Origin: a bacterium | GTDB lineage: Bacteria; Auribacterota; UBA3054; JAPLST01 | Reading direction: 5' to 3' | DNA: 64,000 nt | Assembly: GCA_026417575.1 (NCBI GenBank) | Contig: JAOACZ010000128.1 | Location: forward strand, 5,127 to 69,126 | Shown: positions 30,434 through 41,751 of the stretch, in pieces | Position numbering within the stretch: position 1 is the stretch's first letter | How the letters are laid out: each line of letters begins with the position of its first letter | Program-made: the position numbers and the translations under genes | The notes under the pieces: generated by a model | The model's database searches: none | The model's input: only the letters and a program-made list of their open reading frames with translations | Told to the model about the DNA's origin: nothing

Positions 30434-31714
30434 ATGAAGCTTAGGATGACGTACAACGGCACTGATATGAAGTGGCAAGAAGCCTTAGCCGCGTGGTTTA
30501 CGCAGCATACGGAAGAGGGTGTCGCTCTCTTACGTGACTTAGTGCGCCAGGACACGGTGAATCCGCCTGGCAACGAATACCGCGCCGCGGAAGTGGTGAC
30601 GGGGTATCTGCAGCGCTACGGGATTCCCTCCACGTGCTACGAAGGTGCTCCGGGGCGAACCAACGTGCTCGCGCGCATTGGAGATGGTGCTCCTGTGGTG
30701 TTCGTGCCGGCGCACACGGATGTCGTGCCAGTGGGTGACGGTTGGACACACGATCCGTTCGATCCTGTCGTACGTGATGGTTTTATCTACGGGCGCGGGG
30801 TAGCAGACGACAAGGGGCCGCTGACCTCGCTGCTGATGCTGGCGGCATTTTTGAAGCAGTACGAGGGGGCGTTTCGCGGTACGTTGCTTGCAGGGGCAGT
30901 AGCAGATGAGGAGTGCGGGTCGACTTATGGACTTGGGTACCTTCTGGAGCAGAAGTTAGTCTCGGCCGATTATGCCATTGTGCCTGATACGGGCGCTTCG
31001 ATATATCGCGTTTCATGTGGCGAGAAGGGGTTGTTGCACGTAGAAGTGACGTTCACCGGCGCGCAGGCGCACGGCTCGACGCCGGAACAGGGATGCAATG
31101 CCGCCTGGGCGGCGTGGGAGTTTCTGGCGGCGCTGCGGGCAGAGTTCGGCGACCAGATCGGGTACTGCCCTGCGAGTGCGCATGCGTGGTTCACTCCAAC
31201 CAGCATCAATCTTGCCCAGGTGCAAGGCGGGGAGGTGTACAACATTGTTCCTGGTCAGTGTCGCGTGCGCTTGGATATTCGCTATGTTCCGGGCGAAACG
31301 CAGGAGGCTTGGTTGGCACGCCTGCGTGGCTACGCCCAGCAGGTGCGCGACCGCCAGCAGTGCCGTGGGTTCGACGTGCGTGTGGCGGCGCACATGCCTC
31401 CTTATGTTGTCGAAGCTGACAGCCCGCTCATCACCGCAGTGGACAAAGCCGTGCGGGCTTTCACTGGGCGCCGGATTGAGTGCGTAGGGATGAGTGGTAC
31501 GACCGTATGCAAGCAACTTATCCAGCACGGGATTCCTGCAATCGGGTGGTCGCAGGACTCCCAGCACCAGGCGCACATGGCCAATGAACGACTGGCTTTG
31601 TCAGAGTTGCGTACATTTGGCGTCGTCCTTGGCTTAGCATTTCTCGCTCTGGGTAACAATCTCGAGGCCATTCGCGATGGCTGCACGTCCGAATATTCTG
31701 GTGATTCTCACTGA
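30434..31714 (+). CDS. M20-family peptidase (ArgE/DapE/acetylornithine-deacetylase-like); alternative ATGs at 30446 and 30467
   Basis: PAHTDVVPVGDGW, GRGVADDKG and DEECGS metal-binding motifs. Confidence 0.65.
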   Translation: MKLRMTYNGTDMKWQEALAAWFTQHTEEGVALLRDLVRQDTVNPPGNEYRAAEVVTGYLQRYGIPSTCYEGAPGRTNVLARIGDGAPVVFVPAHTDVVPVGDGWTHDPFDPVVRDGFIYGRGVADDKGPLTSLLMLAAFLKQYEGAFRGTLLAGAVADEECGSTYGLGYLLEQKLVSADYAIVPDTGASIYRVSCGEKGLLHVEVTFTGAQAHGSTPEQGCNAAWAAWEFLAALRAEFGDQIGYCPASAHAWFTPTSINLAQVQGGEVYNIVPGQCRVRLDIRYVPGETQEAWLARLRGYAQQVRDRQQCRGFDVRVAAHMPPYVVEADSPLITAVDKAVRAFTGRRIECVGMSGTTVCKQLIQHGIPAIGWSQDSQHQAHMANERLALSELRTFGVVLGLAFLALGNNLEAIRDGCTSEYSGDSH

Positions 31715-33194
31715 CCAGCAGCGCTACGACTCGATCAGCGCGCTCGGCAATTCGATTATTCGTACACCGCACTATGACCGCGTTGTTCGCGAGGGTACGA
31801 CGTTCACTGAAGCGTACACGCCCTCTCCTGAATGTGTGCCTGCGCGGTGTTCCTTTACGATGGGGCAGTACCCCGCCCGCACCGGCTGTTACGCGAACGG
31901 GTATGACTGGCCTTTTGAGCAGAAAGAAACTCTGATGGCCGCTCTGGCGCGCACCGGTTATTACACGCATGGCGTCGGCAAGATGCATTTTGAGCCGGCA
32001 GCAACTGCGCATGAACTTCACGGCTTTCACGCGCGTGAACGCCAAGAGGAAATTGTCAAGCGCCCGGAGCATGATGACTATCTCCAGTATCTGTGGGCTC
32101 ACGGGTACACCCATATTACTGACCCGCATGGTGTGCGTGGGGAGATGTACTACATACCGCAGCCCGCGCAAATGCCGGCCGCGCTGCACCCAACGCAATG
32201 GGTGGGTGATCGTGCTGAGGCGTTTCTGCGTGCGCGTAAGCGCGGTGACGGTCCGTGGTTTCTGTTCGTCTCGTTCGTCCATCCGCATCCGCCGTTCTGC
32301 CCACCTGCGCCGTGGCACAAGCTCTATCGCGATTTGGACGTGCCGCTGCCGTTCATTCCACCGGACGCGCAACGCCTCTGGCTTTTCGTCAACCATGCGC
32401 AGAATCGCACCAAGCGGCGCGATCGTGGCATGGACTTGAATCTGCTGCGCGTGCAGCGCGCCTATTACTACGCTTGCGTTTCTTTTATTGATTACCAAAT
32501 TGGGCGGATGCTGGCAGCGCTGGAAGAAACAGGCGCTTTGGATGACACGATGATTGTGTGCACGACGGATCATGGTGAGCTGCTCGGGGACTACGGTTGT
32601 TATGGAAAGCGGAGTTATCATGATCCGGTGACACGGATTCCGTTGGTTATTCGTTATCCGCGCCTATTCGAGCCCGGCGCGCGCTGTCGCACGCCTGCTT
32701 CGTTGCTTGATGTGACTGCAACCATTCTCGAGCTAGCTGGCGCATCTTTCGCCACGCATAGTTGCGACGGCGTCTCGCTTTGCGCGCTTGCGGGTGGCGC
32801 GTATGCGGATCGCACGGTCTTCGCGCAGCTCAACCAAGCTGGTGATGGGATCTATATGGCTGTGAATCGTGAGTGGAAATATGTGTACAGCGCACCTGAC
32901 CAGCGCGAACTTCTTTTTGACCGCGTGCGCGACCCCTACGACACGATTGACTGCGCGGGGCAATGGCAACGCAGCCTGCCATGGAAAAAGGCGCAGGAAG
33001 AGCTACGTGCGTCGCTGCTTGCCTTTCTTCGTGAGGCAGGTGAAACGGATGCACTCGATGGTGACCACTGGCGTGTGTACCCGAAGAAAACAATGCCCGA
33101 CAACCCTGACGCAGGTCTACTTTACCAGGATCATCCCTGGGCGGAGCAGTTCATCCCCGGCTATTCGCGTCACGAACGTCCATTTGCGTCATAA
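31677..33194 (+). CDS. Sulfatase (arylsulfatase-family) with no signal peptide
   Basis: MAARPNILVILTDQQRYD start and formylglycine motif CVPARCSFTMG (CxPxR). 38-bp overlap with the upstream M20 gene. Confidence 0.75.
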   Translation: MAARPNILVILTDQQRYDSISALGNSIIRTPHYDRVVREGTTFTEAYTPSPECVPARCSFTMGQYPARTGCYANGYDWPFEQKETLMAALARTGYYTHGVGKMHFEPAATAHELHGFHARERQEEIVKRPEHDDYLQYLWAHGYTHITDPHGVRGEMYYIPQPAQMPAALHPTQWVGDRAEAFLRARKRGDGPWFLFVSFVHPHPPFCPPAPWHKLYRDLDVPLPFIPPDAQRLWLFVNHAQNRTKRRDRGMDLNLLRVQRAYYYACVSFIDYQIGRMLAALEETGALDDTMIVCTTDHGELLGDYGCYGKRSYHDPVTRIPLVIRYPRLFEPGARCRTPASLLDVTATILELAGASFATHSCDGVSLCALAGGAYADRTVFAQLNQAGDGIYMAVNREWKYVYSAPDQRELLFDRVRDPYDTIDCAGQWQRSLPWKKAQEELRASLLAFLREAGETDALDGDHWRVYPKKTMPDNPDAGLLYQDHPWAEQFIPGYSRHERPFAS

Positions 33195-33217
33195 CACGCC
33201 TACCACACTTACGCATT

Positions 33218-34051
33218 ATGCCACGCATTCATCCATTAGCCGTCGTTGATCCGCACGCGGAAGTGGCCGATGATGTGGAGATCGGGCCGTTCTGTATCAT
33301 TGGGCCGCATGTGAAAATTGGCCCGCAAACGCGCCTGATTGGCCAGTGCTACATTACAGGGCATACCACCATCGGAGCGCGCAACGTAATTTACCCGAAC
33401 GTGTGCATTGGGGCTGAGCCGCAAGATTTCGCTTTTGATCCTGCAACAATTTCGTATGTGCACATTGGAGACGAGAACGTCTTCCGTGAGGGGGTGACGA
33501 TTCATGCTGGCACGAAGCCTGAATCTGCGACAATTATCGGCAATCGTAATTTTCTGATGGTGAATTCGCACATTGGACATAACTGCCGGATCGGGAATGA
33601 GGTGATCATGGCCAATTGCGCGCTGATGGCGGGGTACGTGGAGGTGCAAGACGGATGCTTCATCTCAGGCCTGACAGCAGCGCGGCAGTTTTGTCGAATT
33701 GGGCGTTTAGCGATGATGTGGGGCCTCTCAGCTATTTCTAAGGATCTGCCGCCGTTTATGATAGTGAACGGGCGGAACGGGGATGTAGCAGGTGTAAACG
33801 TCGTGGCGTTACGGCGGCGCAAGTATCCGCCAGCGACCATCAACGCGCTGCGGAAGGTGCATACGATTTTTTTCCGCAGGGGGCGGAGCGTGAGCACAGC
33901 TTTGGAAATGATTCGCAAGGAAGTGCCACAGTTACCCGAAGTAGAGGAATTTATTCGGTTTGTCGAGAGCAGTGAGCGCGGGGTGTTGTTGGGGCGCGAT
34001 GCGCGGGCCAAACGCCTGGCGGGGGAGCGCGATACGACAGACGAGGGGTAA
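33218..34051 (+). CDS. lpxA: Acyl-ACP--UDP-N-acetylglucosamine O-acyltransferase LpxA
   Basis: 277 aa with left-handed beta-helix hexapeptide repeats; N-terminus MPRIHPLAVVDPHAEVADDVEIGPFCIIGPHVKIG is typical of LpxA. Confidence 0.7.
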   Translation: MPRIHPLAVVDPHAEVADDVEIGPFCIIGPHVKIGPQTRLIGQCYITGHTTIGARNVIYPNVCIGAEPQDFAFDPATISYVHIGDENVFREGVTIHAGTKPESATIIGNRNFLMVNSHIGHNCRIGNEVIMANCALMAGYVEVQDGCFISGLTAARQFCRIGRLAMMWGLSAISKDLPPFMIVNGRNGDVAGVNVVALRRRKYPPATINALRKVHTIFFRRGRSVSTALEMIRKEVPQLPEVEEFIRFVESSERGVLLGRDARAKRLAGERDTTDEG

Positions 34052-34374
34052 AAGCGTGGGGCGGTGTTTTTGTTGCCAGCGCGACGTGGCTTAGCGGCGG
34101 GGGCAAGGCAGTCAGAGAGCAGACACGCTAGTCTGCGTGGGGGAGGAGTGTATGAGCTTGGCCATTTACCTCGTTACCTGGGTGGGTGGAAGCGTGAGGA
34201 GAACATGATCGTGCGTGCTATCCTCCAGGGATTGCGCGTGTGGCGAGGCTGAGACAAGCTGCGTGCTAGGCGAGGGTGAGAATGCGTATTGTTACGCGGT
34301 TCGGCGAGGGCGGGCGTATCACAGGCAGAAGGAAGCGTTGCTTTCCGTGCTGTGGGATGCGCGTGGGTGGGAGA

Positions 34375-34403
34375 TTGAAATTTGGCCGAAAATGCGGTAA
34401 AAT
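34375..34403 (+). promoter_or_regulatory. Sigma70-type promoter for gltBD
   Basis: TTGAAA (34375-34380), 17-nt spacer, TAAAAT (34398-34403). This leaves a leader of about 90 nt that contains a 14-codon uORF at 34428-34472. Confidence 0.55.
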
Positions 34404-34497
34404 TTTTTTAAGCAGGAAAGGTAGGTGATGACGACAACAAGAAGGACACGTGTTGAACGATGGAACGAGTGAGCCGTACCAGCGAGAGGCGGCGGCC

Positions 34498-37400
34498 ATG
34501 CCGGCGCCGTATGGGCTGTACGATACGGCATACGATCATGATAGTTGCGGAGTTGGGTTTGTTGCCGATCTGAGCGGGGAGCCGCAGCACGAGCTAATTG
34601 AAGCGGCACTGCAAGTATTGGTGAATTTGGAGCATCGCGGAGCGATCGGGGGCGATGCTGCGACGGGTGACGGGGCGGGGATTTTATTGCAGATGCCGGA
34701 CGCGTTTTTGCGCGGGGAGTGTGCGGGGATAGGGATACGGCTGCCGGAGCGTGGGCGTTACGGGGCGGGGTTAGTGTTTTTGCCGCGGGAGGCGGGGCGG
34801 GCGGAGGTATGTCGCAAGATTTTCGAGCAGGTAGTTGAGGAAGAGGGGTGTGAGGTGTTAGGGTGGCGGGTGGTGCCGATGGAGGCGGGCGGGCTGGGGG
34901 TGTTGTCGCGGGCGACGCAGCCGACGATGGAGCAGTTGTTTGTGGGGTGTGGGAGGCGGACGGTGGAGGAATTTGCGCGTCGGCTGTACATCATTCGGCG
35001 GCGGGTAGAGAACGCGGTGGCGGCGCGGCGGGATGGCGATTACAGTCAGTTTTATGTACCGAGCTTATCGCCGCACACAATTGTGTACAAGGGGATGCTC
35101 ACGGGGACGCAGTTGCAGCAATTTTTCCCTGAATTTCATGATGCGCGGTTTGCGGCGGCGTTTGCGGTGGTACATCAGCGCTTTAGCACGAACACGTTGC
35201 CGACGTGGAGTTTGGCCCAGCCATTCCGCTATGTAGCCCACAACGGTGAGATCAACACGCTGCGCGGAAATGTGAACCGGATGCACGCGCTGGAGGCACA
35301 GTTTGCTTCACCATTGTTTGGGGAAGACATAGAAAAGATCAAGCCGGTGATTGTAGAAGGGGGGAGCGATTCGGCGATGTTTGACAATGCGCTGGAATTA
35401 CTGATCATGGCGGGGCGCTCGCTGCCTCATGCGGCGATGATGATGGTACCGGAGGCGTGGGGCCCGAAGTACACGATGAGTGAGGACAAGCGCGCGTTTT
35501 ACGAGTACCACGCGGCGATTATGGAGCCATGGGACGGGCCGGCGGCGATGGTGATTACTGATGGACGCTACATTGGCGCGTTGTTGGACCGGAATGGGTT
35601 GCGGCCAGCGCGGTACACGATAACGCGGGACGGGCTGATTGTGATGGCCTCGGAGACTGGGGTAATCGAGATGGAGGGGGCGCGGATTCAGAAGCGCGGG
35701 CGGTTGCAGCCGGGGAAGATGTTCTTGGTGGACATGGTGCAGCGGCGGGTAGTTTCGGACAGCGAGATTAAGGGACAGATATCGCGGCAGAAGCCGTACC
35801 GGCGCTGGGTACGCGATAATGTGATCCACTTGCGGGGATTGTTTGCGCCGTCGGAGTTACCGGTGCCGTCACCGGCGGAGCTGTTGCAGTGGCAGCATGC
35901 GTTTGGATATACGGAAGAAGAGCTGAAAATGATTTTAGCGCCGATGGCGTCGCAGGGGCAAGAGCCAGTGGGATCGATGGGCAATGATGCAGCGTTGGCG
36001 GTGTTGTCGAATAAGCCACGGCTGCTTTTTGACTACTTCAAGCAATTGTTTGCGCAGGTAACGAACCCGCCGATTGATCCTTTGCGGGAGGAGTTGGTGA
36101 TGTCGTTGATGAGCTTTATCGGGCGGGTGGGGAACATTTTGGAGGAGAAGCCGGAGCATTGTCGGCAGCTAAAGTTGCCCCATCCGATTTTGATGCCGGC
36201 GGATGTGGATCGGTTGCGGGGAAGCAAGCATCCGGGGTTGGTGGTGCGGGAGTTGGAGATGCTTTTTCCGGCGGGGGGTGGGGGCGAGGAGCTGGCGGCG
36301 GCACTGAATGCGCTGTTTAAGGAGGCGGAAGAATGTGTGCGCGCGGGGGCGACGATTTTGATTTTGAGTGACCGTAACGTGTCTGCGAAGCGCGCGCCAA
36401 TACCAGCGTTGCTGGCGGTATCGGGATTGCATCACTATTTGATCCGCAAGGGGCTGCGGACGTTGTGTGGGCTGGTAGTGGAGACAGGAGAGGCGCGGGA
36501 AGTAAATCATTTTTGTTTGCTGATTAGCTACGGGGCGAGTGCGATCTGCCCCTATGTGGCGTTAGCGACGGTGCGGTCGTTGGCGGAGCAGGGGTTGTTG
36601 GAGCACCCGATGACAGCGGACGAGGCAGTGGATGCATATGTGACGGCGGTGAAAAAGGGGATTTTGAAGACGCTAAGCCGGATGGGTATTTCGACGGTGC
36701 GCAGCTATCGCGGGGCGCAGATTTTCGAAGCGATTGGGCTTGCGAAGGAAGTGACGGAGATGTATTTTGCGCGGACGGCGTCGCGGATTGGGGGTGTTGG
36801 GTTAGATGTGATTGCGCGGGAAGCAAACATGCGCCATGCGGGCGCCTTTCCGAAGGTGGGGGCGCCGTCGGTGTTGCTGCCGGTGGGGGGTGAGTATCAC
36901 GAGCGGGTGGAGGGCGAGCGGCACTTGTTTACGCCGGAGGCGATTTACTTATTACAACTGGCGACACGGACGAACGACTACAGCGTCTATCAGCGGTATG
37001 CGCGGTGTATTGATGATCAGTCGGAGGCCCGTGTGACGCTGCGGAGTTTGCTACGGTTCAGGCCGGGGACGCCCGTGCCGGTGGAGGAAGTGGAGCCGGT
37101 GGAGGCGATTACGCGGCGGTTCGTGACTGCGGCGATGTCCTACGGTTCGATTAGCAAGGAGGCGCATGAAGCGATTGCGATTGCGTTGAATCGGATTGGG
37201 GGGCGAAGCAACTCGGGCGAAGGGGGCGAAGATCCGGAGCGGTATATTCCGCTACCAAATGGGGATTTGCGCGTATCGCGGATCAAGCAGGTGGCGTCGG
37301 CGCGGTTTGGTGTGACGATTGAGTACTTGATTAACGCGGATGAGTTGCAGATAAAGATTGCGCAAGGAGCGAAGCCAGGGGAGGGGGGACAATTGCCGGG

Positions 37401-39039
37401 TCACAAGGTGAGTGAAGACATAGCGCGGGTGCGGCACACGACGCCGGGGGTGACCTTGATTTCTCCGCCGCCGCATCATGACATTTATTCAATTGAGGAC
37501 CTTGCGCAGCTTATTTACGATTTAAAGATGGCCAATCCGCGGGCGAAGGTGTCGGTGAAGCTAGTGTCCGAAGTAGGTGTCGGCACGATTGCTGCGGGTG
37601 TGGCGAAAGCGAAAGCGGATTTGGTGTTGATTGCTGGCTACGATGGAGGGACGGGAGCATCGCCGCTGACGTCGATTAAGCATTGCGGGCTACCGTGGGA
37701 GCTCGGGTTAGTGGAGACGCAGCATGCATTGATTGCGAATCATTTGCGCGATCGGATAGTGGTGCAAGCAGATGGGCAGATGCGGACGGGGCGGGACGTT
37801 GTGATTGCGGCATTGCTGGGCGCGGAGGAATACGGTTTTGGGACGGTGATTTTGGTGACGCTGGGGTGTATATTGATGCGGAAATGCCATTTGAACACGT
37901 GTCCGGTGGGGGTGGCGACGCAGGATCCAGTGTTACGGTCGCGTTTTACGGGGAGTCCGGACTATGTGGAGCGCTACCTGCGCTTTGTGGCGCGGGACGT
38001 GCGCGAGCACATGGCGCGGTTAGGGTTCCGCACAATGGATGAGATGATTGGGCGGGTAGAGATGCTTGATTTCGAGCCGGCGGTGGAGCACTGGAAAGCG
38101 AGGGGGGTGGATTTGCGGCCATTACTGGCGCCGCCGCCAGGGAATGGCATGGTACGGCGGTGTGTGCGCGGGCAGGAACACGAGGTCAACAAGTCGCTGG
38201 ATGTAGAGTTAATTCAGCTGGCCGCGCCGGCGTTTGAGGATCCGCCACGGGCGGTAGCGCAGAGTTTACGGATTCGGAATGTGCATCGGACGGTGGGGGC
38301 GATGTTAAGTGGTGAAGTAACGCGGCGTTGGGGGGCGCGTGGGTTGCCACGCGATACGATACGGTTTACGTTTACTGGGTCGGCGGGGCAAAGTTTTGGT
38401 GCGTTTCTTGCGCCGGGGATCACGTTGCGATTGGAAGGGGACGCGAATGACTATGTGGGCAAGGGTCTTTCTGGCGGGACGATCATCGTGGTACCGCCGC
38501 GAGATGCGCACTTTGTGGCGCATGAGAACATCATAGTGGGTAACGTGGTGTTGTACGGGGCGACATCGGGAGAGTTGTACGTGTGTGGGATGGCAGGGGA
38601 GCGTTTTGCGGTACGGAACAGTGGGGCCATTGCGGTAGTTGAGGGTGTGGGTGATCACGGTTGTGAATACATGACGGGAGGGCGGGTGGTGGTATTGGGG
38701 CAGACCGGTGTTAATTTTGCGGCGGGGATGAGTGGAGGAATAGCGTACGTGTATGATGAAAACGAGCTGTTTGGCACGCGCTGCAATTTAGATATGGTTG
38801 ATTTAGAAACTGTGTGGACGGAAGCGGACCAGCGCGAATTGCATGCGCTGATTACGCAGCATTTAATGTACACGGGGAGTGCACGTGCGCAGTACATACT
38901 GGACAATTGGGAGACGTGTTACCCCTTATTTGTGAAGGTGATGCCGATGGACTACAAGCGCGTGCTGGAACGAATGCGGGTGCAGGAGCATACAGATAAC
39001 GAAGCGGTGCCGGCGACGGAGGAGGTTTTCCGTGGGTAA
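34498..39039 (+). CDS. gltB: Glutamate synthase large subunit
   Basis: Start chosen at [25 protein letters not shown] (GATase class-II N-terminal Cys). FMN domain and C-terminal GXGXG domain are present; about 1513 aa. Confidence 0.9.
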   Translation: MPAPYGLYDTAYDHDSCGVGFVADLSGEPQHELIEAALQVLVNLEHRGAIGGDAATGDGAGILLQMPDAFLRGECAGIGIRLPERGRYGAGLVFLPREAGRAEVCRKIFEQVVEEEGCEVLGWRVVPMEAGGLGVLSRATQPTMEQLFVGCGRRTVEEFARRLYIIRRRVENAVAARRDGDYSQFYVPSLSPHTIVYKGMLTGTQLQQFFPEFHDARFAAAFAVVHQRFSTNTLPTWSLAQPFRYVAHNGEINTLRGNVNRMHALEAQFASPLFGEDIEKIKPVIVEGGSDSAMFDNALELLIMAGRSLPHAAMMMVPEAWGPKYTMSEDKRAFYEYHAAIMEPWDGPAAMVITDGRYIGALLDRNGLRPARYTITRDGLIVMASETGVIEMEGARIQKRGRLQPGKMFLVDMVQRRVVSDSEIKGQISRQKPYRRWVRDNVIHLRGLFAPSELPVPSPAELLQWQHAFGYTEEELKMILAPMASQGQEPVGSMGNDAALAVLSNKPRLLFDYFKQLFAQVTNPPIDPLREELVMSLMSFIGRVGNILEEKPEHCRQLKLPHPILMPADVDRLRGSKHPGLVVRELEMLFPAGGGGEELAAALNALFKEAEECVRAGATILILSDRNVSAKRAPIPALLAVSGLHHYLIRKGLRTLCGLVVETGEAREVNHFCLLISYGASAICPYVALATVRSLAEQGLLEHPMTADEAVDAYVTAVKKGILKTLSRMGISTVRSYRGAQIFEAIGLAKEVTEMYFARTASRIGGVGLDVIAREANMRHAGAFPKVGAPSVLLPVGGEYHERVEGERHLFTPEAIYLLQLATRTNDYSVYQRYARCIDDQSEARVTLRSLLRFRPGTPVPVEEVEPVEAITRRFVTAAMSYGSISKEAHEAIAIALNRIGGRSNSGEGGEDPERYIPLPNGDLRVSRIKQVASARFGVTIEYLINADELQIKIAQGAKPGEGGQLPGHKVSEDIARVRHTTPGVTLISPPPHHDIYSIEDLAQLIYDLKMANPRAKVSVKLVSEVGVGTIAAGVAKAKADLVLIAGYDGGTGASPLTSIKHCGLPWELGLVETQHALIANHLRDRIVVQADGQMRTGRDVVIAALLGAEEYGFGTVILVTLGCILMRKCHLNTCPVGVATQDPVLRSRFTGSPDYVERYLRFVARDVREHMARLGFRTMDEMIGRVEMLDFEPAVEHWKARGVDLRPLLAPPPGNGMVRRCVRGQEHEVNKSLDVELIQLAAPAFEDPPRAVAQSLRIRNVHRTVGAMLSGEVTRRWGARGLPRDTIRFTFTGSAGQSFGAFLAPGITLRLEGDANDYVGKGLSGGTIIVVPPRDAHFVAHENIIVGNVVLYGATSGELYVCGMAGERFAVRNSGAIAVVEGVGDHGCEYMTGGRVVVLGQTGVNFAAGMSGGIAYVYDENELFGTRCNLDMVDLETVWTEADQRELHALITQHLMYTGSARAQYILDNWETCYPLFVKVMPMDYKRVLERMRVQEHTDNEAVPATEEVFRG

Positions 39040-40462
39040 GCCAACAGGGTTCATGGAATATACGCGTGTTGATCCGCCGAAGGAGCCGGTAGCGGAGCGC
39101 CTGCAGCATTATCACGAGTTTGAGAAGCTGCTTCCAGAGGCGGAACTGCGGCGGCAGGCGGCACGTTGCATGGATTGCGGGATACCGTTCTGTCACATGT
39201 ATGGCTGTCCGGTGATCAATTTGATTCCGGATTGGAACGACATGGTGTATCGGGGGCAGTGGCGGAAGGCGTTAGAGTTGTTGCATGCGACGAATAATTT
39301 GCCGGAGATCACGGGGCGGGTGTGTCCGGCGCCATGCGAGCCGGCGTGCACGCTGTCAATTAATCAGCCGGCGGTGACAATCAAGCATATTGAGTTAGAG
39401 ATAATTGAGCGAGGGTTTCGGGAGGGGTGGGTGGTGCCGCAGAAGGCGCCGGTGCGCACACACAAGCGAGTAGCGGTGATAGGATCGGGGCCGGCGGGGC
39501 TGGCAGCGGCGCAGCAATTGGCGCGGCGGGGGCACACAGTAGTGTTGTTTGAGCGTGACGACCGTGTGGGCGGCCTGTTGCGCTACGGGATTCCGGATTT
39601 TAAGTTAGAGAAATGGGTGTTGGACCGGCGGATGGAGCAACTGGCGGCGGAGGGGGTGGTGTTTGAGCCGAATGTGAACGCGGGCGTAGATATTACGCCA
39701 GCGGAGTTACGGCGGCGATTTGATGCGGTGTTGTTAGCAACGGGGGCGGGGGTGCCGCGCGATTTGCGGGTACCGGGGCGGGAGTTGGCTGGGGTGCATT
39801 TTGCGATGGAGTTTTTGACGCAGAACAACCGACGGATTGCGGGCGACACGATTGATCCTGTGCGGATGATTACAGCGAAAGGGAAGCACGTGGTAGTGAT
39901 TGGTGGGGGAGACACTGGGTCAGATTGCATAGGTACGTCGTTGCGGCAGGGGGCGGTCAAGGTGACGCAGTTGGAGCTCTTGCCGAAGCCGCCGGAGCAG
40001 CGAAGTGAGCGGAATCCGTGGCCGGAGTGGCCTTGGGTGCTGCGGACGTCGACGTCGCACGAGGAGGGCTGCGAGCGGATGTGGAGCGTGGATACGAAGG
40101 AGTTGCTGGGGGATGGGACGCGCGTGACGGGGCTACGCGCAGTGCGGTTGGAATGGAGCGATCCAGATGCGCAGGGGCGGCGTACGTACAGAGAAATAGC
40201 AGGATCAGAGTTTGTGTTGAAGGCGGATTTAGTATTGTTGGCGATGGGGTTTGTGCATGTGGAGCACGGACCTCTGGTACGGGAGTGGGAGCTGGCTTTA
40301 GATTCGCGTGGGAATATAGCGGTCGATCGGTCGTACATGACGTCGTTGGCGGGGGTCTTTGCTGCGGGCGACAGCATGATGGGGGCATCGCTGGTGGTAC
40401 GCGCAATCAATCACGGGCGCCGCGCGGCTGCGGCGATTGACGCGTACTTGCAGCAAATCTAG
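39032..40462 (+). CDS. gltD: Glutamate synthase small subunit (NADPH-dependent)
   Basis: Fe-S Cys cluster (CMDCGIPFC...CPAPCEPAC) and FAD/NAD Rossmann motifs [14 protein letters not shown] and [12 protein letters not shown]. 8-bp overlap with gltB. Confidence 0.9.
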   Translation: MGKPTGFMEYTRVDPPKEPVAERLQHYHEFEKLLPEAELRRQAARCMDCGIPFCHMYGCPVINLIPDWNDMVYRGQWRKALELLHATNNLPEITGRVCPAPCEPACTLSINQPAVTIKHIELEIIERGFREGWVVPQKAPVRTHKRVAVIGSGPAGLAAAQQLARRGHTVVLFERDDRVGGLLRYGIPDFKLEKWVLDRRMEQLAAEGVVFEPNVNAGVDITPAELRRRFDAVLLATGAGVPRDLRVPGRELAGVHFAMEFLTQNNRRIAGDTIDPVRMITAKGKHVVVIGGGDTGSDCIGTSLRQGAVKVTQLELLPKPPEQRSERNPWPEWPWVLRTSTSHEEGCERMWSVDTKELLGDGTRVTGLRAVRLEWSDPDAQGRRTYREIAGSEFVLKADLVLLAMGFVHVEHGPLVREWELALDSRGNIAVDRSYMTSLAGVFAAGDSMMGASLVVRAINHGRRAAAAIDAYLQQI

Positions 40463-40524
40463 CCTGGGCACTTCAGCGTAGTTGGCCTAGTCGTGGAAAG
40501 CAGTAGCAGCGCGGAACGGGGGAA

Positions 40525-41751
40525 TTATTCCCTGGCGAAGGCAGCGACACGGGCGTCTGTGTCGTTCGTCAGGCGCGCGAGAAGAGCACGGGCTGCCTGA
40601 TTTGTTTCCATGCGCAGGCGGAATGCAAGGAAGCGCCGTGTATCTCTATCCTGCTCGCGCACAACTGGCGCGAGGAGGTGAGTGGTACGGGGAAGAGAAG
40701 CGAGGCAATCAATGGCTGCCGCGCGCGCCGTGAACGAGGTGCTGCGCAGAGAGGGCTGAACGTCGGCTAGTTTGGCCGAGAGTTGACCTGGTAAGCGCCA
40801 GAGGGTGAGGACGAGCATTGCTTCTGAGGAGATCGTGTTAATGGTAAACAGAATGGAAGAGGGTTGCTCCCAATTCCAACGGCAGGTATCGCGATCGCGG
40901 TTGCGGTTGGCGCGTAGGGCACGCCGCAACGTGGCGGCGCGCTGATCGGCGGACATTCGGAGGTTATAGACGGCGCGATACACAGGTTTATCCCAGAGGA
41001 ACGCGTAGGGATGCTGGCAGAGTAATTCAAGTGGTTGCAACGCCTGCGGCGCGCGAGAATGATCGAGGAGCACAGCGGCCGTGGTGAGGGCTTCCAGGGT
41101 CGTCCGCACGTCGAAGATCGTGTTGTTTCCAGCGGAGCGGTGTGGGAAGTCTAGGTCGGGAGCAGCTCCTGAGGGAGAAGGTGTGGCGCCCTGTAGATCT
41201 GGAAAAAGCTCTGGCCGAGCACGTACGGCAAACGCCCAAGCTGGTGTGAGGGGTTCGAGGCTACGCACATAGATAACGGGGGGAAGTGTGTGGAGTAAGC
41301 GCGTGATTTCTGCTGCGATCAACTCGTACACAGCAGGGTAGCGTGCGCGGTAGAGAGCCACGCAGGCAGCGGGCGTTAGGCGAAAGTGGTCGCGAATTAC
41401 GCTGTCAGCAGTAGGGTCATGAGTGCGCAGAGTAGCGAGCGCATGCAAGGCGTAGCCACGTGCAATATCAAGACTTTTTGGGTTGACCGTAGCGATTGTA
41501 CCAGCTTCGAACTCGTCACATCGTTGCAAGATGGCAGCGAGGGCGCGTACGCTGCGCTGATCGGGCAATTGAGCGAGGCGTATGGCATACTGCCGGAGTT
41601 CACTTGGAGAGAGAGCCAGGCGAGCGGCGTGCTCATACCGCTCGATTTCAGCCAGCTGGTCAGGGGAGAGAGCTGGCGCTGGGATGGCGCAGAGTACGGC
41701 GAGGAGTGCGCCAAGGAGTGATCGCCAGCGGGGGAATGGGCGGGAGGTCAT
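40525..41751 (-). CDS. Secreted alpha-helical repeat (HEAT/ARM-like) protein
   Basis: Start set at MTSRPFPRWRSLLGALLAVLCAIPAPALS (signal peptide), whose ATG forms an ATGA overlap with the upstream stop. Leu/Ala/Arg-rich helical repeats throughout. The track's 5' extension would overlap the upstream gene by 211 bp. Confidence 0.5.
   Translation of the reverse strand: MTSRPFPRWRSLLGALLAVLCAIPAPALSPDQLAEIERYEHAARLALSPSELRQYAIRLAQLPDQRSVRALAAILQRCDEFEAGTIATVNPKSLDIARGYALHALATLRTHDPTADSVIRDHFRLTPAACVALYRARYPAVYELIAAEITRLLHTLPPVIYVRSLEPLTPAWAFAVRARPELFPDLQGATPSPSGAAPDLDFPHRSAGNNTIFDVRTTLEALTTAAVLLDHSRAPQALQPLELLCQHPYAFLWDKPVYRAVYNLRMSADQRAATLRRALRANRNRDRDTCRWNWEQPSSILFTINTISSEAMLVLTLWRLPGQLSAKLADVQPSLRSTSFTARAAAIDCLASLPRTTHLLAPVVREQDRDTRRFLAFRLRMETNQAARALLARLTNDTDARVAAFARE

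Noticed and set aside
34758-38658. Numerous Pro/Ala/Arg-rich ORFs antisense to or out of frame within gltB (for example 35398-35829, 36169-36510, 36524-36826, 38305-38658), and similar ones inside the AsmA and DsbD genes (46669-47625, 48367-48858)
   Set aside because: Typical shadow ORFs of GC-rich coding DNA. They have low-complexity composition, no RBS and no homolog-like motifs, and they lie fully inside well-supported genes.
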